A DNA stretch of 17,074 nt from Candidatus Bipolaricaulia bacterium. GTDB taxonomy: Bacteria > Bipolaricaulota > Bipolaricaulia > JBHIAT01. Of this stretch, positions 16,340 to 17,074 are shown one piece after another; positions within the stretch are counted from its first letter, which is position 1, and each line of letters opens with the position of its first letter. The DNA lies in NCBI GenBank assembly GCA_046758705.1, contig JBHIAT010000069.1, positions 1-17,074 on the forward strand. The letters run 5' to 3'. Position numbers and translations under genes: made by a program. The notes below the pieces were generated by a model. It searched no databases. It saw nothing but the letters and a program-made list of their open reading frames with translations, and had not been told where the DNA came from.

Positions 16340-16530
16340 GCCCCCCTTCTCCTTCAGCTTAATGACTCTGATCTCACCCAACGGTCCTGCTTACTTAACT
16401 CAGGCCGATCTTGCCGGAAACATCCATTCGCCGTCTTTTCTCGCTCTGCTTGCGGCATGAGTGTATTCAACCGGGGTGTCGCAATCATTTGTCGTATCTC
16501 TTCGGATACATGTTTAGCTCGCGCTTACCT
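16340..16530 (-). ncRNA. Putative bridge RNA / seekRNA of the IS110-family element
   Basis: Stem - 9x9 internal loop - hairpin at 16480-16523, and an 8-nt copy of the element-end sequence at 16420-16427. Boundaries are approximate. Confidence 0.55.
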
Positions 16531-17074
16531 CGGCTTTGGCAAAACCGTGTTCGCCTTCGGTTCCCTGTAAGGTTCCCTCTTCTTCAACACCCAGTAAGCC
16601 GCCTCAGAAAGATGCCGGGCCACCGCCCCTACCGCTATGGCAGGCCCCCTCCGACTTCTGATCCGCTTGTACAGACGGGTGACGTGCCGCTGCTGCCACC
16701 CTCTACGGTTTTGATGCCGGACCACCACATTCGCCGCCTCGATGAACGCCCACTTCAGATACCGATTGACATCCGGACGCGTCCTCCCATGCCTGACCTT
16801 GCCCCCGCTGGCTCTGACCTTCGGCGTCGTCCCACAATAGCTCGCCAACCGCCCGTTGTCCGGGAAGCGATCAATACAGCCCACTTCCCGCTCGATCACG
16901 ATCGCCAGAATGTCTCCCACTCCAGGAAGCGTCTTGAGCAACTTCATCTTCTCCGTCACTTGGATCCGCTCTTTCATCCGCGCTTCGAGCTGGTCGATCT
17001 GCTCTTGAACCTCATCCAGCACCTCGAGATGCTGTTCCAGGCACCGACGGGTCTCAGGCGGCAGCTTTTGGATC
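16525..17074 (-). CDS. IS110-family transposase/recombinase, 5'-partial
   Basis: Frame is open to the window edge; LLKTLPGVGDILA, IDRF, LASYCGTTP..ASGGK (conserved Ser), NRYLKWAFIEAA, AIAVGAVARHL. Confidence 0.93.
   Translation of the reverse strand, partial: IQKLPPETRRCLEQHLEVLDEVQEQIDQLEARMKERIQVTEKMKLLKTLPGVGDILAIVIEREVGCIDRFPDNGRLASYCGTTPKVRASGGKVRHGRTRPDVNRYLKWAFIEAANVVVRHQNRRGWQQRHVTRLYKRIRSRRGPAIAVGAVARHLSEAAYWVLKKREPYREPKANTVLPKPR

Larger units (their letters stand above)
16313..17074 (-). mobile_element. IS110-family insertion sequence (IS1111-like layout), right part only
   Basis: IS110 transposase C-terminus plus ~210 nt of downstream non-coding DNA. Outward-facing TTGACA (16339-16334) lies ~20 nt from the junction with the interrupted gene. 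Confidence 0.8.

Noticed and set aside
1-17074. CRISPR array, tRNA or rRNA genes
   Set aside because: No regularly spaced repeats, cloverleaf or rRNA-like sequence seen by eye.

Overview
Bacterial accessory-type mosaic, bounded by GATC at both ends (possibly a Sau3AI clone insert). Left (52-3385, minus): a tightly coupled four-gene operon encoding a Rad50/SbcC-type ABC ATPase split into separate genes. The order is N-terminal half (Walker A, four 39-aa repeats, terminal CxxC), Mre11/SbcD-like phosphoesterase, small coiled-coil protein, C-terminal half (Walker B). Next come two fused IS scraps (IS3-like and IS701-like), a LarA-family racemase, and a Tat-exported family-5 ABC binding protein with two permeases but no ATPase. 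These are followed by a secreted LysM-SnoaL fusion, then PPOX-like, DUF3179, MBL hydrolase, M20 deacylase, aldo-keto reductase, VOC and YbaK genes. The PPOX-to-YbaK block lies between two identical 18-bp promoter-containing repeats. At the right end, a lasso-peptide B2-like peptidase gene is cut just after its catalytic Cys by an IS110-family element. The element's ~210-nt downstream non-coding region has IS1111-like, bridge/seekRNA-like features, including short matches to the element end and the target flank. All product calls come from motif recognition by eye; no database searches were run.
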